This document shows positions 32,201-41,420 of a DNA stretch of 62,632 nt, one piece after another (positions within the stretch are counted from its first letter, which is position 1; each line of letters starts with the position of its first letter). The translations under genes and the position numbers were made by a program. Origin of the DNA: a virus (taxonomy: Duplodnaviria > Caudoviricetes); IMG/VR virus record IMGVR_UViG_3300029319_009000, positions 1 through 62,632 of that record; one strand, given 5' to 3'. Below the pieces are notes generated by a model that saw only the letters and a list, made by a program, of their open reading frames with translations, ran no database searches and was not told the origin of the DNA.

Positions 32201-34054
32201 TGCCCCAGCAAGCAAAGCCTGACAGTTTAGTTGAAGAAAGACTTTTATAAGAGAATATATCAGGCTGTCTTTGGCTTCTTTTACAATATTCTTTCCAGCG
32301 TCTTTTATTCCCTGTAAGAGATTGAATGTGGGCATTGCCCAGTCTTTGAATGATAGATCAAACAGCTCTTTCCAGCTATCTCCGTCACCAACTATTCCAA
32401 ATAGCCATGCCCAGCCCCAATCGCCAAGGTCGTCGAATTGACCGGAACCACCGGGACCATCAGGTATGCCAGCTAATGGGGGTACGCTACCTCCCTCGTC
32501 TTCAATATCATCATTGCTTTTTTCTATAAGTTCACATATAAAAGTAATAAAATTTGCTACATCTGCCCCATACATAAATTGAGAATTTCTTAACTCCATA
32601 GATTTAAGCTTAAACGCTTCTAAAGATTTACTAGAACTGTAGCAGTTAAAGCCTAGACTGTTTTCCCCTTCTCCATCAAGTATTAATCCAAACTGTTGTG
32701 CCATTGACCCTAAAAATAAAGCCGCGCTTATGGCAATACCAAGCTGTTCTTGTTGTACTGGGGTTAAAAGGGGCTTTTCTTCAACTGGAACCACCTCTAT
32801 TACTGGTACTGGGTCTATGCAATACTCTTCAGACAAAAAATCTGTTAGAACTGGTTCTGGTAAGGAACATAGCTTTTGGTGATTTAAAAACAAATGCCCA
32901 AACCTTGGCTCGTTAAAAGGGTAGCTAGTTTTAACCAAACTTAAACCAGTAGATAATGTTGTTTTTTCGCCAGAGTTGTTGTAATAATATACTGCTAGTA
33001 AATTATAATTTCCATCATTTGAAAAACAAATCTCTATTTTTTTATATTTTGGATCAGCAGTGCATGCATCTTCTGAGGCAGCTTGGTTTGATGTCGAGCC
33101 CAGATCAATACCATTTGCTTCTAATAAAAACTTTATTTTATTGATTCCCTCACCCTGCTTTTGCATCTCATTTATAAAATCAAAGTTAGTGACTTTAATG
33201 TTTGATTGTACATATTTTTTATATAGATCTATTAAGCATTGGAATATATCGTCTCTTATTCCATTTAAGTCCTCGATGCTGTTCGCTGGAATGGTAATAC
33301 AATAATTATCATCAACTGATTCAGGCTCTGCGGGTATATTTCTCTCTTTCAGCCACTCAATGTATATAGCAGGTATTGTTACTAGCATCATCAATTGAGA
33401 TCCGGGTCTCGTACTGAGGTAATATTCTTTCACATAACAGCTTTGTAAGCCTTGTTTAAAACCATTTTGGGAGTATACAGTTCCCGCCCCCGACCCCGCA
33501 CTATAATTAAGGTCAAAATACTCATACATATAAGCAATTGCCTCTGTTTTTGCCTCATCCTTTTTGTCCTCCAATGTCCCATCATCTATACATGTATACG
33601 GCAAAGTTACAGTGAACCACCACTCTCCATTCCCGGAGTGGTAGTAGGGAGATGTGCTGTTCATCCAAGTTTTGGAAGGAGCTAGAGCTTCCTCTAAAGC
33701 CGTTAGTGTTTTCAGGCTAACATCTGATTTTGGGAGTATTGGCTTTATAAGCAGAGAGTCTTTTACTAAATGCTGCGTCAAAACATAGCCTATAGTTTGA
33801 CCATACCTAACGTATGACCAGACACTATTTCCCGTAACCCATTCCCTGAGCATTGTGACAGATTCACCTTCCGTGATAGTGCTCTTAACGGCAGATGATA
33901 AAGAGGGTTTTTCATATAAATTAACAACTTCAAGTGGGGTTACATCCTCCACCGAACCTACAATATCTTGCCCCTCTTCATCGTATTTTTTGGGAATTGT
34001 GGAGACTGTGTGAGTTGCTCCATTTATGTTTTCGTAGTTTAAGTTCTGTGTCAT
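29261..34054 (-). CDS. Large protein (1597 aa) with N-terminal SH3b-like domain and hydrophobic segments
   Basis: VNLYEKPSLSSAV..ITEGESV...WSYVRYGQTIGYV SH3b pattern; hydrophobic LGIAISAALFLG and ALLAGAATLGVIGVAAYLI. Confidence 0.55.
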   Translation of the reverse strand: MTQNLNYENINGATHTVSTIPKKYDEEGQDIVGSVEDVTPLEVVNLYEKPSLSSAVKSTITEGESVTMLREWVTGNSVWSYVRYGQTIGYVLTQHLVKDSLLIKPILPKSDVSLKTLTALEEALAPSKTWMNSTSPYYHSGNGEWWFTVTLPYTCIDDGTLEDKKDEAKTEAIAYMYEYFDLNYSAGSGAGTVYSQNGFKQGLQSCYVKEYYLSTRPGSQLMMLVTIPAIYIEWLKERNIPAEPESVDDNYCITIPANSIEDLNGIRDDIFQCLIDLYKKYVQSNIKVTNFDFINEMQKQGEGINKIKFLLEANGIDLGSTSNQAASEDACTADPKYKKIEICFSNDGNYNLLAVYYYNNSGEKTTLSTGLSLVKTSYPFNEPRFGHLFLNHQKLCSLPEPVLTDFLSEEYCIDPVPVIEVVPVEEKPLLTPVQQEQLGIAISAALFLGSMAQQFGLILDGEGENSLGFNCYSSSKSLEAFKLKSMELRNSQFMYGADVANFITFICELIEKSNDDIEDEGGSVPPLAGIPDGPGGSGQFDDLGDWGWAWLFGIVGDGDSWKELFDLSFKDWAMPTFNLLQGIKDAGKNIVKEAKDSLIYSLIKVFLQLNCQALLAGAATLGVIGVAAYLISQVEGDDDDETLAEKKSDALNPSPADLLVKDYGAENCNAIIQESIKVSPESYDKFIVEKFLRCGVFIPSDMLTLPRQYLDGVSSMISPVEMLALLRGSSSIVVLESIRKYTQQQFPTIFDSINTQSKVSNLFVCLGEETTPQAIAKVEEKMKEKALDSDYCVSVAEKLKDIMKNKCPNPEAYDSIYQKEFGSNVEMYQELITLIDDQCSNVSLKLYNNPETGEKGLLNSINGKLGGQEKSNDSMASTLLGPAKTTGMIESELIISGSEYQSNLEQVADSYTDNLLIAYTPVFTSENHGTATGYKHNKKLVDDAYDNQRPTYRLRPNGENYIYDSAKTKYTGQGVYYYFKNPELPSYVQTLIDNNENYNFSQNVLKLSQNQAAFYAMIDNYFKNNSNWATDGSKKSSDGSPVPYGVFIELLDTAQDFFFRTIFQVMIERYARKVGYAWQGDQTNVLNAYSQALSNNFDNILNYEQAKKECTKYFDAAEYDNPNDTSTIGPKQYSMLNGIFYTYARLHIVEYLAMIMPFYEVFEFKAGGVEQTLEELFPEFVSSYIKEKMLQGLPSGYQTHANNTYDFIKKRMSYQIKEYTGSTRAFDYYIETNYKSVLNAFNSAMNQVPSNLKKSKNWLQTENFIYSRNEGLEVHKHAGSYNLFNAISTSWGNSDLIGKKAFTDTSNEPYSLFADGRYAKFRNGMFFIQNYFYLTAKADYVDKLYLRGTLNKEHLDELNDIFTSKMISQGSLINICEGPVRIGARLCFGVAYSKDDKTMEGDIKARAKELFLNYQSPGGKGTLGSSNNFYISSKKQLALQKSIICVDGKDIDFIKIAASSEYPSGKMEANEQFGDDVGTTYEYDGSNSDYSMVIPIFNVEQDLNKAMSWSDFHGAFAKGNPEDTYFKDLNNDLINSNQYNALIKNCFSPENMVHFNAISGLRTTSLLNKENYVQTKNLLVSNMQTIVNVKSIYKTIS

Positions 34055-34071
34055 TTGTAAATCCTAAAATT

Positions 34072-35007
34072 CTAGTTAGTCTTATTGAATCTACTTAATA
34101 TATACTTAGATCCACCCGCAGTTAAATAGTCTGCATCTGTAAACGTCATGTTCATTATTACTGCCAAATGCATTGGAATATCCATAATACCTAGTTGTGC
34201 GGCATCTGCTGCTGCGGCTGCTGCCAGTTCTACTGAGGGGGCTGCGACTCCGGGTCCAGCGGGTGAAGCGGTTATGTGTGTGTGGGCTGCCAATGTTGCG
34301 TCGAGCGCGAGTTGTTTTTGTGCAAGAGAGTCTATTGCATTTGCCAATTCTCCAATGTGAGCTTGAATTTCTTGCAAACAATGTACCAAATTATTACCCT
34401 TTACCATTGGCTGTAGTCCGTATTTTATGTTACCAGCTATTAAATCAATCCCGTTAATTCTTGTAATTTTCCCGCCCAGTGAATTATTTTTATCAGTTGC
34501 AGTAACTAATTTAATACCCTCCCTAGCGATAACACGGACTGCATCGGCTTTTATTCCAATTGCTGATTTTCCGGTTGATCTTCTTACTCCGGTGGCTGAT
34601 TTAATACTAAAATATTCATCTATATCCGCTTTTTGGCTTATATAAATTCTTGCGGCGTCTTTTTCGAAGTCATTATCAACATAATTATCGTCCCCTGCCT
34701 CATCTTTCATCGGCTTACCATTGAAGCTTCTCCCCACAACTATATCAATTGCTCCGGCTCCAGTGTGACCCATACTTCCGTAACCTGAATTCAAACCAGC
34801 ATTTCTGTCCCTCCCCATGACAATCCATTGATTATTTTTTGGCTGTCCTTCTGCCAAGATTACTTCATTGGGGGCTTTTCTGTAGTTTGGAACTGGTTCT
34901 ATTAAATTATCACCTAAAATTCCTCCAGTAGAAACGGCTTCTTCCTGTGTAATATTGTTTAGCTTATCTTGTATATTTTTTGGGAATTTACTTATATCAT
35001 AACTCAC
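34072..35007 (-). CDS. Putative baseplate central spike protein (C-terminal HxH tip)
   Basis: Beta-strand-rich middle, then coiled coil and AAHTH, as in gpV/gp138-type spikes; located in the baseplate cluster. Confidence 0.6.
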   Translation of the reverse strand: MSYDISKFPKNIQDKLNNITQEEAVSTGGILGDNLIEPVPNYRKAPNEVILAEGQPKNNQWIVMGRDRNAGLNSGYGSMGHTGAGAIDIVVGRSFNGKPMKDEAGDDNYVDNDFEKDAARIYISQKADIDEYFSIKSATGVRRSTGKSAIGIKADAVRVIAREGIKLVTATDKNNSLGGKITRINGIDLIAGNIKYGLQPMVKGNNLVHCLQEIQAHIGELANAIDSLAQKQLALDATLAAHTHITASPAGPGVAAPSVELAAAAAADAAQLGIMDIPMHLAVIMNMTFTDADYLTAGGSKYILSRFNKTN

Positions 35008-35032
35008 TTTATCAGCCTCTCTTTTTGCACAC

Positions 35033-35830
35033 TTATGTATAGACTACTGGTGTTGCGACTTGTCCCTGCTCATTGGGGTTTGGATCATTATGTTGACCAG
35101 CAGCGGGTATGGTAGAAGTTTCATCTCCCACCTGTATTCCCGCTACTGGACCGAAATTTGAAGATGCATTACCCACTATCCTAGTTGTCGAAGGATACAG
35201 ACCATGATCAGAATTTAGCGGTCCTATGTAACATCCCCCCTGCTGGGTTACTCTGTTTGTAAAGTCAACAATAACTATGTCACCAATTTTCGGTAATCCA
35301 GTTCCCCTTGTTTGCGAAGAGAATCCGACAAACTTAGGGTACATACTAATAATATTATTATCTATGCTATGCCTATCCAGTTCGGAGTTTAATGAAATTT
35401 CATTTTTTTCTTTTGGTTTAGCTGCTGTTTTGGGGATGGGTAGATGCGGGTGCAATTCTGGTATTCTGACTCTTATAACAAATTGAGTAGACTTTGCGGA
35501 GGTAGGGGAGTTTGTTGCCGTGTGGATTCTCTCTAGGTCGCTTTTGCTTCCAGCTTGTTCGCTTCCTTTAGAATCAACCCGCAACACAACACCTCGATAT
35601 GGACCAGATATTGCAATAATAGGACTTCTTCGCTCGGAAGCTTTTCTTGCTTGAACAAAAAAATTTGGCTGCATGCCCATTTCTTGCATGTGTTCAAATG
35701 AGTCAGATGTTGATATAAAATTATTCAAAACTCCATATGGAATATTTAAGTTATCATACTCAGACTTGTCTCCTATCTCATCTACACTTAGTCCCACTGA
35801 GCCCGTTACTTTCTGATTGTTTCCAGTCAT
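35033..35830 (-). CDS. Putative gp5/gpV-like OB-fold baseplate protein
   Basis: YRGVVLRV, IRVRIPELH and LPKIGDIVIVDF motifs typical of the gp5 N-terminal OB fold. Confidence 0.6.
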   Translation of the reverse strand: MTGNNQKVTGSVGLSVDEIGDKSEYDNLNIPYGVLNNFISTSDSFEHMQEMGMQPNFFVQARKASERRSPIIAISGPYRGVVLRVDSKGSEQAGSKSDLERIHTATNSPTSAKSTQFVIRVRIPELHPHLPIPKTAAKPKEKNEISLNSELDRHSIDNNIISMYPKFVGFSSQTRGTGLPKIGDIVIVDFTNRVTQQGGCYIGPLNSDHGLYPSTTRIVGNASSNFGPVAGIQVGDETSTIPAAGQHNDPNPNEQGQVATPVVYT

Positions 35831-36114
35831 TATCCCGTCTCCTTAATCAAGTCAAACAATTCTTCCTTGTCTTTGGTGCTCAATTCTTCAGATCCATCCG
35901 TCTTTTTCTGAAGGAGTGCACTGACCTTAACGAGTTGTTCGTTTGATCTTTGTAGGGTTTCAACATATTTAGCAGCAACAACGCCGACTTTTTCCTTGCG
36001 TTCGTCGTCTTTTTTCATGTATTCCATCAACTCCATCAATAGAGTTGTAGTAATAGCCCTGTCACTTCTTATGTTTTTGATTGCTTCGTCAATATAGGAT
36101 TCTAAATCTTTCAT
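35830..36114 (-). CDS. Hypothetical helical protein (94 aa)
   Basis: ORF preceded by ACTAATTA 6 nt upstream; TAATG coupling to the next gene. Confidence 0.6.
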   Translation of the reverse strand: MKDLESYIDEAIKNIRSDRAITTTLLMELMEYMKKDDERKEKVGVVAAKYVETLQRSNEQLVKVSALLQKKTDGSEELSTKDKEELFDLIKETG

Positions 36115-36120
36115 AATATA

Positions 36121-36128
36121 TAATTAGT
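36121..36128 (-). promoter_or_regulatory. CTAnTTA motif at the head of the baseplate operon, 6 nt before ATG
   Basis: ACTAATTA-TATATT-ATG(36114). Confidence 0.58.
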
Positions 36129-36134
36129 GCTTAA

Positions 36135-36815
36135 TTATATTTCTCCACGATTCCATTTCTTTTTAAATACCCTATATCTAACTCTCATTTTGTTTAAATT
36201 ATTAACGACTTGTTTTGTGTTTAAGCCTGTAATCTCTCTGATGTAAAAGTAGATTGCTTTTTTATTGTAGATGTCGATGCAATCTGGTGAAGACAATAGC
36301 ATGCGAATTGCTTCATACACTTTTTCTTCATTAGGCTTCATTGTAATTGCCTTTTCCCAATGATTTATTTCTTTCCACAGATGAGTCCAAAATTCTTTTT
36401 CTACCCTCTTAGAATAATATTCGTTTTCAACTGTTAATTTTGATAAATCTATGTTTTTTGGCAGGTCGTCTATCTGCACTTCTCTTTGATTGCTTTGATT
36501 TGTTTTTCTTACCTTGTGAATAAACCAGTTCTTTGTAATTACTGAGAAGTATGAAAAGGCTTTGGATCCTTTATTTGGATCGTATTTATCCAAAATAGTT
36601 GTAAGCCAAATTTTACACTCGTCCTTGAGGACATCGATGTTTGGAAGGTTTGTAAACCTGTAGGTATAAATAATCTTGTCCACCATCTCGCTGAAGGCTG
36701 GCTCGATGTATTCTATGTAAAGCTCTGTTCTTATTTTAATATCGTCAGTTCTTGCATACTGTACGATTGCATCTTCGTGGACTTGTGTGAAATATAGGTT
36801 CTTTTTTTTAGTCAT
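36135..36815 (-). CDS. Phage RNA polymerase sigma factor (sigma70 family / gp55-like)
   Basis: Region-2-like KYDPNKGSKAFSYFSVITKNWF; C-terminal HTH-like IREITGLNTKQVVNNL. Confidence 0.8.
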   Translation of the reverse strand: MTKKKNLYFTQVHEDAIVQYARTDDIKIRTELYIEYIEPAFSEMVDKIIYTYRFTNLPNIDVLKDECKIWLTTILDKYDPNKGSKAFSYFSVITKNWFIHKVRKTNQSNQREVQIDDLPKNIDLSKLTVENEYYSKRVEKEFWTHLWKEINHWEKAITMKPNEEKVYEAIRMLLSSPDCIDIYNKKAIYFYIREITGLNTKQVVNNLNKMRVRYRVFKKKWNRGEI

Positions 36816-36816
36816 A

Positions 36817-37125
36817 TTATTCTAAATCTATCTCTTGTACATTATCCGACCTCTCTTCTACTAGATTGTATATGTCGCTAAATTCTTTTATATGTTCTGT
36901 TATTTGCCTAGAGTGGATAATTAATTCTTTAATAGTTGGCTCACCATAATACATTTCCATTTCATAAAGACTTTGTACATGCATCTGGTATGAGGAAAGA
37001 TCCTCAATAAGGTTACCCATATTGTCTGATACTATCAATAAATTGCCGAGCATTTTCCTTATGTACCACAAAAGCAGCAAATTTGCTCCGACTGATAGTA
37101 TCAATAAAAATATAAGTAAGCTCAT
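36817..37125 (-). CDS. Hypothetical membrane-anchored protein
   Basis: N-terminal hydrophobic helix LLIFLLILSVGANLLLLWYI. Confidence 0.6.
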   Translation of the reverse strand: MSLLIFLLILSVGANLLLLWYIRKMLGNLLIVSDNMGNLIEDLSSYQMHVQSLYEMEMYYGEPTIKELIIHSRQITEHIKEFSDIYNLVEERSDNVQEIDLE

Positions 37126-37361
37126 TTATATTCTTCCCTTGCCTCTTTTTTGTCTGCCCTCAATTGTTCTTTGGCATCCTCAATGTGTTGCTTTACAATT
37201 TTTCCAGCAGAATTTGTTTTAAGGTATGTAGGCATTGACGGAACCCTTGTTAGACCACCGTCTGCGCCACATACTTTGCAGGTAGTTTCTATGCTACTCA
37301 TTGAATGAAATGCTTCAAAATGCTCATCACATTCTTCACAATAATAACAATAAGTCGGCAT
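37122..37361 (-). CDS. FmdB-family zinc-ribbon protein
   Basis: MPTYCYYCEEC...CKVCG pattern. Confidence 0.8.
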   Translation of the reverse strand: MPTYCYYCEECDEHFEAFHSMSSIETTCKVCGADGGLTRVPSMPTYLKTNSAGKIVKQHIEDAKEQLRADKKEAREEYK

Positions 37362-37362
37362 A

Positions 37363-37566
37363 TTACTCCTCTATTCCCCCTACCTCTTCAACACCCATCT
37401 TTACTAGCGGGGGATTTTTAACAAAAAGCTCTGCTTCGCCGTCCTCAGTTTCTGCTGCCGCAACAAACTCAAAACCTTTGAGGACTGGGACAATATCTGA
37501 TTGTTCCAAGAGGCTTTTTTGAAGAGCCATCATTACGGCTCCAACTGCTTGATCTGATAAATTCAT
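37363..37566 (-). CDS. Hypothetical protein (67 aa)
   Basis: Start reassigned to ATG 37566 (AGGAG RBS; ATGA overlap with the gmd stop). Confidence 0.6.
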   Translation of the reverse strand: MNLSDQAVGAVMMALQKSLLEQSDIVPVLKGFEFVAAAETEDGEAELFVKNPPLVKMGVEEVGGIEE

Positions 37567-38537
37567 TGTTTTAACTCCTTTTGCCATTTTTCTATCATTT
37601 CTTCTAACATTGTCTCAAATGTATATTCTGGTTTCCATCCTAAAATTTCTCTTGCCTTACTAGAATCACCTTTTAAATATTTTAATTCTTCAGGTCTCAT
37701 AAATTTTGGATTTTGCACAACATAATCTTTGTAATTCATTCCTAGTTTTTGAAATACAACTTCGCACAATTGTCTAACCGAATGAGTTTCACCTGTTGCA
37801 ACAATAAACTCGTCTGGTGTTTTGTGATTAATGATCTTGTGCATTGCCCGAACATAGTCCTTTGAATGACCCCAGTCTCTGTAGGAGTCCATATTACCAA
37901 GCTCAAGCTTATCTTGCATTCCGTTTTTAATCATTACAGCCGCTTTAACAACCTTGTTAGTGACAAAGTTTGTCCCTCTTCTAGGAGACTCATGATTAAA
38001 CAAAATTCCATTGCAAGCATGAAGACCATAAGCTGCCCTATAGTGCCTGACCAAATTAAAACCCATGACCTTTGCACACCCATATGGGCTGACCGGTGTC
38101 ATTGGTGTTGTCAACCTCTGAATTCCATCGTCGTCTACAGAATTCCCAAACATTTCAGAAGAACTAGCTTGATAGAATTTTGCCTCTGGGCATGTATCTT
38201 TATACACTTCTAATATATTTAAAACACCCAGAGCATTTGTTTGTATTGTAAATGATGGCATATCAAAACTAACCCTTACATGACTCATCGCAGCCAGATT
38301 ATATATTTCATCAGGTTTAACTTGATTGAAGATTCTATACAGCGATGGAACATCTAACATGTCTCCATAAAAAGTATAGACATCATCCGATATGTGATTG
38401 ACTCTAGAATTTTGATTTTCTGCTACGGAGTGTCTCCTCACAACTCCATAGACATCATATCCAAGGGATAAAAGGTGTTCAGACAAATAGCTACCATCTT
38501 GACCGTTTATACCAGTTATTAAAGCTTTTTTTCCCAT
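37563..38537 (-). CDS. gmd: GDP-mannose 4,6-dehydratase
   Basis: ALITGINGQDGSYL, YNLAAMSHV, QASSSEMFG, SPYGCAK, LFNHESPRRG, RDWGH. Confidence 0.96.
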   Translation of the reverse strand: MGKKALITGINGQDGSYLSEHLLSLGYDVYGVVRRHSVAENQNSRVNHISDDVYTFYGDMLDVPSLYRIFNQVKPDEIYNLAAMSHVRVSFDMPSFTIQTNALGVLNILEVYKDTCPEAKFYQASSSEMFGNSVDDDGIQRLTTPMTPVSPYGCAKVMGFNLVRHYRAAYGLHACNGILFNHESPRRGTNFVTNKVVKAAVMIKNGMQDKLELGNMDSYRDWGHSKDYVRAMHKIINHKTPDEFIVATGETHSVRQLCEVVFQKLGMNYKDYVVQNPKFMRPEELKYLKGDSSKAREILGWKPEYTFETMLEEMIEKWQKELKQ

Positions 38538-39254
38538 TTATTTTCCTTGTTTTTTGCAAACAAAAATAATCCTATGATCTTTTTCAGTTGCTGTGCTGTT
38601 AAAATCTCTGAAATTATATATGCCTTCTACACTAACATTGTTTTGCTTCATTAATTCAATCAATAATTTAGGAGACCACAAAGTAGTAAATATTTCAACT
38701 TCCTTTTCATCATATGATATCACAGTTTTACACAAAGATTCAATTAAATTTATATTAGTTTTATAAATTATTTTTTTGTCACCTACAAGCTTTTCTGAAT
38801 ATGCGTGTGGCTTATCTATAGAACAAGCTATACTATTCCAGCAATCAAATATAATTTTCCCTTCTTCTTCTAGCATGTTTGCACAATCTTCAAAGAAGCA
38901 AGACAATTCTTTTAAGTTATCAATGTGATTAACGATATTGAACATTGCTATGGCTGCGTCATATTTTTTATTTTTTTTAAAATGATCTTTAAGAGATTCA
39001 CAGTGAAAAGATAAATTTTTTGTTTTGTTATATTTTTCTCTTGCTTTGTCAATCATGCCACAAGATATATCTATTCCCGTAATAGATCTCTTTTGATTGC
39101 TCGCTAATATACTTGAGTGCACACCGGTTCCACATCCAATATCTAATATTTCTATTCTTTTTCCCAAAACAGATTCAATAAATTTACACTCTCTATCGTA
39201 ATCTTTGGAAGAATATAAGAAATCATAGTCATTCGACACTTTATTGTAGTCCAT
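38538..39254 (-). CDS. Class I SAM-dependent methyltransferase (possible sugar N/O-methyltransferase)
   Basis: ILDIGCGTG motif I, GIDIS motif II; lies between the aminotransferase and gmd. Confidence 0.88.
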   Translation of the reverse strand: MDYNKVSNDYDFLYSSKDYDRECKFIESVLGKRIEILDIGCGTGVHSSILASNQKRSITGIDISCGMIDKAREKYNKTKNLSFHCESLKDHFKKNKKYDAAIAMFNIVNHIDNLKELSCFFEDCANMLEEEGKIIFDCWNSIACSIDKPHAYSEKLVGDKKIIYKTNINLIESLCKTVISYDEKEVEIFTTLWSPKLLIELMKQNNVSVEGIYNFRDFNSTATEKDHRIIFVCKKQGK

Positions 39255-40350
39255 AATAGTCTCTTATTGTTTTGCAAACATATTCAACCTTTTCGTTGTC
39301 CATGGAGGGATACGAAGGAAGACATATGCCATTCTTGTACAACTTAACAGAAGTTTGCATATCGCCATCTAAGTACCCACGACTATCATCTAATTTTGAA
39401 AAACAAGGCTGCAAATGCAGAGGATAAAAAAATGTTCTAGTTTCTATATTGTTTTTTTCCATATGATCCATAAGCCCTTGCCTTCCATTGCTGTCTGTTA
39501 TGGCAACTCGGAAAGGAACATGATTTGATCCTTTTTCTGGCTGGTGAATCTTTATTTTTTCTATATCTTGTAAATTATTTTTGTATATTTCTAATATCTC
39601 TAGTTTACGATCTATGATTTGCGGAAGCTTACCAAACTGGGCGATCCCTATAGCAGCCTGTATATCTGTTATTCTAAAATTAAATCCAATTTCTGGGTGT
39701 ATAAATGAGCCTCGATTTATCCTTCCTTGGTTCCGAATGTATAACAATTTTTCGTATGTTTTTTCATCATTGGTGCAAACAAATCCCCCCTCACCTGTAG
39801 TAATTGTTTTGTCTGCAAAAAAAGAAAAGCTTCCAACATGACCCAAGCTTCCGCAGTGATCTCCCTGCCAGTTTACACCGATGGCTTGAGCTGCATCTTC
39901 TACTATTTTTAAGCCATTTTTTTCTGAAAATTCTTTTATTTTTTTCATATTTGCACTTGTACCATATATGTGTACAGGCATAATCGCTTTGGTTTTTTCA
40001 GAGATTTGTCTTTGGGCTTTTTCTAGATCTATGTGGAATGTTTCCTCCTCAACATCCACAAATACAGGTGTGGCTCCAGTCATTATAACAGAATTAGCAG
40101 ATGCAATAAAAGTAAAATTAGGAACTAAAACTTCGTCTCCGGGTCCAATGTTCAAAGATCTTAAAGCCATATACAAAGAGAGTGTTCCATTGTTTGCAAA
40201 AACACCGTATTTGCACCCGATTAAATCCAGTAATTTATCTGAGAATTCTTTGCATAACTTTCCTTCAGTTATCCACTTTGTATCAAAACATTGCTGTATT
40301 GCTTGATACTCTTCCTGCCCTATTGATGGTTCAAATTGAGAAACTCTCAT
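39241..40350 (-). CDS. per: DegT/DnrJ/EryC1/StrS PLP aminotransferase, probable GDP-perosamine synthase
   Basis: NGTLSL, FTFIASAN, PVHIYG, EDAAQAIG, SFSFFADKTITTGEGG (PLP Lys); two genes from gmd. Confidence 0.88.
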   Translation of the reverse strand: MRVSQFEPSIGQEEYQAIQQCFDTKWITEGKLCKEFSDKLLDLIGCKYGVFANNGTLSLYMALRSLNIGPGDEVLVPNFTFIASANSVIMTGATPVFVDVEEETFHIDLEKAQRQISEKTKAIMPVHIYGTSANMKKIKEFSEKNGLKIVEDAAQAIGVNWQGDHCGSLGHVGSFSFFADKTITTGEGGFVCTNDEKTYEKLLYIRNQGRINRGSFIHPEIGFNFRITDIQAAIGIAQFGKLPQIIDRKLEILEIYKNNLQDIEKIKIHQPEKGSNHVPFRVAITDSNGRQGLMDHMEKNNIETRTFFYPLHLQPCFSKLDDSRGYLDGDMQTSVKLYKNGICLPSYPSMDNEKVEYVCKTIRDYYGLQ

Positions 40351-40353
40351 ATT

Positions 40354-41001
40354 TTATGCACCTCTTTTATTATAATACGACCCAACAGTAAACGACTTTC
40401 CTGTTGTTGCTGAAGTTTTTGAATACTTTTCATCGTACTTACTTACTGGCAATACTCTGAAGTCTATTGAAACTCTGGTTGTACCTGTCGTATTTATTTT
40501 GTTTCCGTGGCGAAGGGTGCCTCCACTAAACTGAAATATGTCTCCGTGTTTCATTGTGATTGGTTTATAGTCGCCAGCCATTGGTGCACTCTCCACCCAA
40601 ACTGCGTTTGTATCGTAACAGTCTGTTAGTGGTAAAATAAAATTATGCTCTCCTTGGGGGTGATTGTACCCTTCTTGTGTGTCAACATGAAACTCTGGTG
40701 TTGCCCAATTATTAACTAAGTGAACCCTTAGTGTTGGCATTTTTTGAAAAACAAAATCTTCACCAACTATTGGAAATATCACTTCTTCAATAATATTGTT
40801 GTATATACTTAAAAGACTTCCCTCTGATCTAAGATTTTGATAGAATCTATCATGCAAAATAGTGTCAGAGTTGTTACTCATATCAAATTTATCAAACGAA
40901 TATTCTTTGTGAAGATTGTCCAAACTGTTAGTGGTTTGAAATACCTTTTGCATCTCTTCGTACAATCCATACGCTTTTGCATTAAAATTGTGTATCTTCA
41001 T
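40354..41001 (-). CDS. 2OG-Fe(II) oxygenase-fold protein (StrG-like)
   Basis: PTLRVH, FHVD (HxD), LRHGNKINTTGTTRVSIDFR distal His and R-x-S. Confidence 0.7.
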   Translation of the reverse strand: MKIHNFNAKAYGLYEEMQKVFQTTNSLDNLHKEYSFDKFDMSNNSDTILHDRFYQNLRSEGSLLSIYNNIIEEVIFPIVGEDFVFQKMPTLRVHLVNNWATPEFHVDTQEGYNHPQGEHNFILPLTDCYDTNAVWVESAPMAGDYKPITMKHGDIFQFSGGTLRHGNKINTTGTTRVSIDFRVLPVSKYDEKYSKTSATTGKSFTVGSYYNKRGA

Positions 41002-41420
41002 TTGGCACTCTCATCAATATCCTTCTTGTCTTTTAGCATACCATAATAAGGACCATTTTTAAACTCATAAAGCCTAGTATCGTCCTCCAAGACCTCAAAG
41101 CAGTGCCCAGCATTAAAAGCTACAACACAGTCGCCAGATTTCAATACATGATCTGAGTATAGCGTGTCATCGATGTCATAGAATTTTGCGTGTATTTTTC
41201 CGTCTAAAATAACCCACGCTTCTTGTGTTTGAACAGTGTTTCTCTCTAGTGGAAGATGCTTGTGAGGTTTGAAAAAATCTGTTTTTTTTAATTTTTTACA
41301 TGATGCTTGCAAGCATTCTGTTTCTGGTGATAGGTCTTTTCTTTTTTCTTCTATAGAGTCATATTCGTTTATTACATACAATAATATACTTTTGTCAACT
41401 TTTGAAAAAAACTTTTTCAT
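40998..41420 (-). CDS. Cupin-fold protein (WbuC/sugar isomerase-like)
   Basis: PHKH..QEAWVILDG..GHCFEV..EFKNGPY metal-binding cupin pattern. Confidence 0.75.
   Translation of the reverse strand: MKKFFSKVDKSILLYVINEYDSIEEKRKDLSPETECLQASCKKLKKTDFFKPHKHLPLERNTVQTQEAWVILDGKIHAKFYDIDDTLYSDHVLKSGDCVVAFNAGHCFEVLEDDTRLYEFKNGPYYGMLKDKKDIDESAK

Noticed and set aside
26982-35830. Bacterial T6SS/eCIS or tailocin locus in a cellular chromosome
   Set aside because: It is flanked by phage-type primase, resolvase, sigma factor and scattered tRNAs, with no housekeeping operons or T6SS membrane complex genes.
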